The notes under the pieces: model-generated
The model's database searches: none
What the model saw: the letters and a program-made list of their open reading frames with translations, nothing else
Told to the model about the DNA's origin: nothing
Part shown: positions 25,601 through 26,623 of the stretch, one piece after another
Layout of the letters: every line of letters starts with the position of its first letter
Numbering within the stretch: the first letter of the stretch is position 1
Source: a virus
Lineage: Duplodnaviria > Caudoviricetes
Strand: one strand, 5' to 3'
IMG/VR virus record: IMGVR_UViG_3300020045_003977
Span: 1 to 26,623 of that record
Length of the DNA: 26,623 nt
Translations under genes and position numbers: made by a program

Positions 25601-26254
25601 CAACGAGCACAATATTTCTTCACATAATTGTTCTGGAATTTTAGACCGTTCATAACTTCCTTTTTTGCCTTGCGTTCCTGTTTTTGCTCCACGTCTTGCA
25701 TTTTCGTGGTGGCAATGTTTATCAATGATATTTCCATCTTTATCATATTTATAATTTCGGCACATTTTTCTCGGAATCCAAGTTTTTGAATTAGTCCATA
25801 TATCCGTTGGTTTTGCTCGATCATCTCCGTATTGGCAATACCATACAGTATGCCTTGTAAATTCCTGCATAAACGGCATTTTACGAAGCATACCTCTTGG
25901 GTTCTCGATAAAGAAAACAAAATTAGGATTAATTTCTAACCATTGATTTATTAATTCGATAAAATGTTTATTTACCCTATCGCACTTTATAGCGTATTCG
26001 CTTTTAGGCTCAACACTGTTGTTTCTATGCGTTGAACACGCTGCAATTGTGTATGTTGTACAATCTGGACTGAACCATCCAAAATCAGGAATAAAGGGAA
26101 CGTGATTTATTTCCATTTCTTCAACGTCAATAACTAAATCTATTTTATCAAAAGCTTCCCAATCAACTGAAAAAACTTCCATTCCTAATTGCTCGGCTTT
26201 GTTTCCTATGGATCTAGAACCTGCAAAAACTTCTAATACTTTTTTCTTTTTCAT
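25595..26254 (-). CDS. C5 cytosine DNA methyltransferase, short phage type (219 aa)
   Basis: Motif I LEVFAGSRS, motif IV SPDC, motif VI IENP, and YCQYG...KPTDIW. Confidence 0.85.
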   Translation of the reverse strand: MKKKKVLEVFAGSRSIGNKAEQLGMEVFSVDWEAFDKIDLVIDVEEMEINHVPFIPDFGWFSPDCTTYTIAACSTHRNNSVEPKSEYAIKCDRVNKHFIELINQWLEINPNFVFFIENPRGMLRKMPFMQEFTRHTVWYCQYGDDRAKPTDIWTNSKTWIPRKMCRNYKYDKDGNIIDKHCHHENARRGAKTGTQGKKGSYERSKIPEQLCEEILCSLL

Positions 26255-26436
26255 ATTATTCCATAGTATATAAAATCAATTTTCTTTTTAATTTCTTTGG
26301 CTTTTTCGGGATCGGTTTGCATTAATCGACGGTATTCTTTTTCTAGGTCTTCGATGGTGGGATGATTATAATCCTCGCAATCAATTTTACCGAATTTTTT
26401 GCAAGGATTTAAGCAATGTTTACATAGGACTTTCAT
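26251..26436 (-). CDS. Hypothetical protein (61 aa) with N-terminal CxxCxxxC
   Basis: ATGA-coupled at both ends. Confidence 0.7.
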   Translation of the reverse strand: MKVLCKHCLNPCKKFGKIDCEDYNHPTIEDLEKEYRRLMQTDPEKAKEIKKKIDFIYYGII

Positions 26437-26591
26437 TTCTCAAACAAATCTAATTGGTTAACGGTCAATTTTTCCAGTTCTTCCAAAACATCTTCTTTAC
26501 TGTCGATTTGTTTTTGAAGTTTGTTTCGCTCTATTTTTAAATCTTTCAACTCCAGCCGTATTGTTTTGATGCGTTCTATTAAATCTTTCAT
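26433..26591 (-). CDS. Small coiled-coil protein (52 aa) ending QLDLFEK
   Basis: Not in the ORF track. MKDLIERIKTIRLELKDLKIERNKLQKQIDSKEDVLEELEKLTVNQLDLFEK*; ATGA-coupled at both ends. Confidence 0.75.
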   Translation of the reverse strand: MKDLIERIKTIRLELKDLKIERNKLQKQIDSKEDVLEELEKLTVNQLDLFEK

Positions 26592-26623
26592 TGTTTTACC
26601 ATTTTAATTGAAGACTTTTTAAT
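26588..26623 (-). CDS. 3' end of an upstream gene (partial)
   Basis: ...IKKSSIKMVKQ* with its TGA overlapping the next ATG. Confidence 0.45.
   Translation of the reverse strand: MKKSSIKMVKQ

Larger units (their letters stand above)
1..26623 (-). mobile_element. Tailed dsDNA phage/prophage segment (Bacteroidota host, siphovirus-like), from replication through morphogenesis modules
   Basis: Terminase, portal, capsid, protease, tail, primase and helicase genes are co-oriented with many ATGA/TAATG overlaps. No host housekeeping genes. Free phage versus prophage cannot be decided from this window. Confidence 0.95.

Noticed and set aside
7492-25920. Nested minus-strand alternate-frame ORFs (7492-7680, 11597-11845, 12661-12846, 25588-25920)
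   Set aside because: Inside or almost entirely overlapping longer genes with recognisable motifs, and they have atypical composition.

Overview
A 26.6 kb segment of an AT-rich tailed phage or prophage of a Bacteroidota host, probably Flavobacterium-like. The host call rests on TAnnTTTG promoters, A-rich start regions without Shine-Dalgarno sites, and a Q-rule signal peptide. All credible genes lie on the minus strand. Reading right to left: a C5 DNA methyltransferase; a small HTH protein; a Prim-Pol/DUF3987-type primase-helicase; an iteron-like origin (TGCACACCT repeats); an SF2 helicase; a VRR-NUC nuclease; terS and terL; tail-completion and tail genes; a tape-measure-like protein; prohead protease/scaffold; major capsid; a putative tail tube; portal; head-tail adaptor; and a fibre protein. 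Next comes an inserted cassette with its own promoter, led by a minimal class II nucleotidyltransferase, and then a signal-peptide-bearing fibre-like SGNH esterase. The most unusual signal is non-coding. Three promoter + short RNA + intrinsic terminator units sit directly in front of late gene blocks. One is 19/21 complementary to the start-codon region of the nucleotidyltransferase gene 15 kb away, one carries a boxB-like GAAGA hairpin, and one folds as a compact multi-stem RNA. I saw no integrase, lysis genes, CRISPR array, reverse transcriptase, tRNA or rRNA. All product calls come from motifs recognised by eye, not from database searches.
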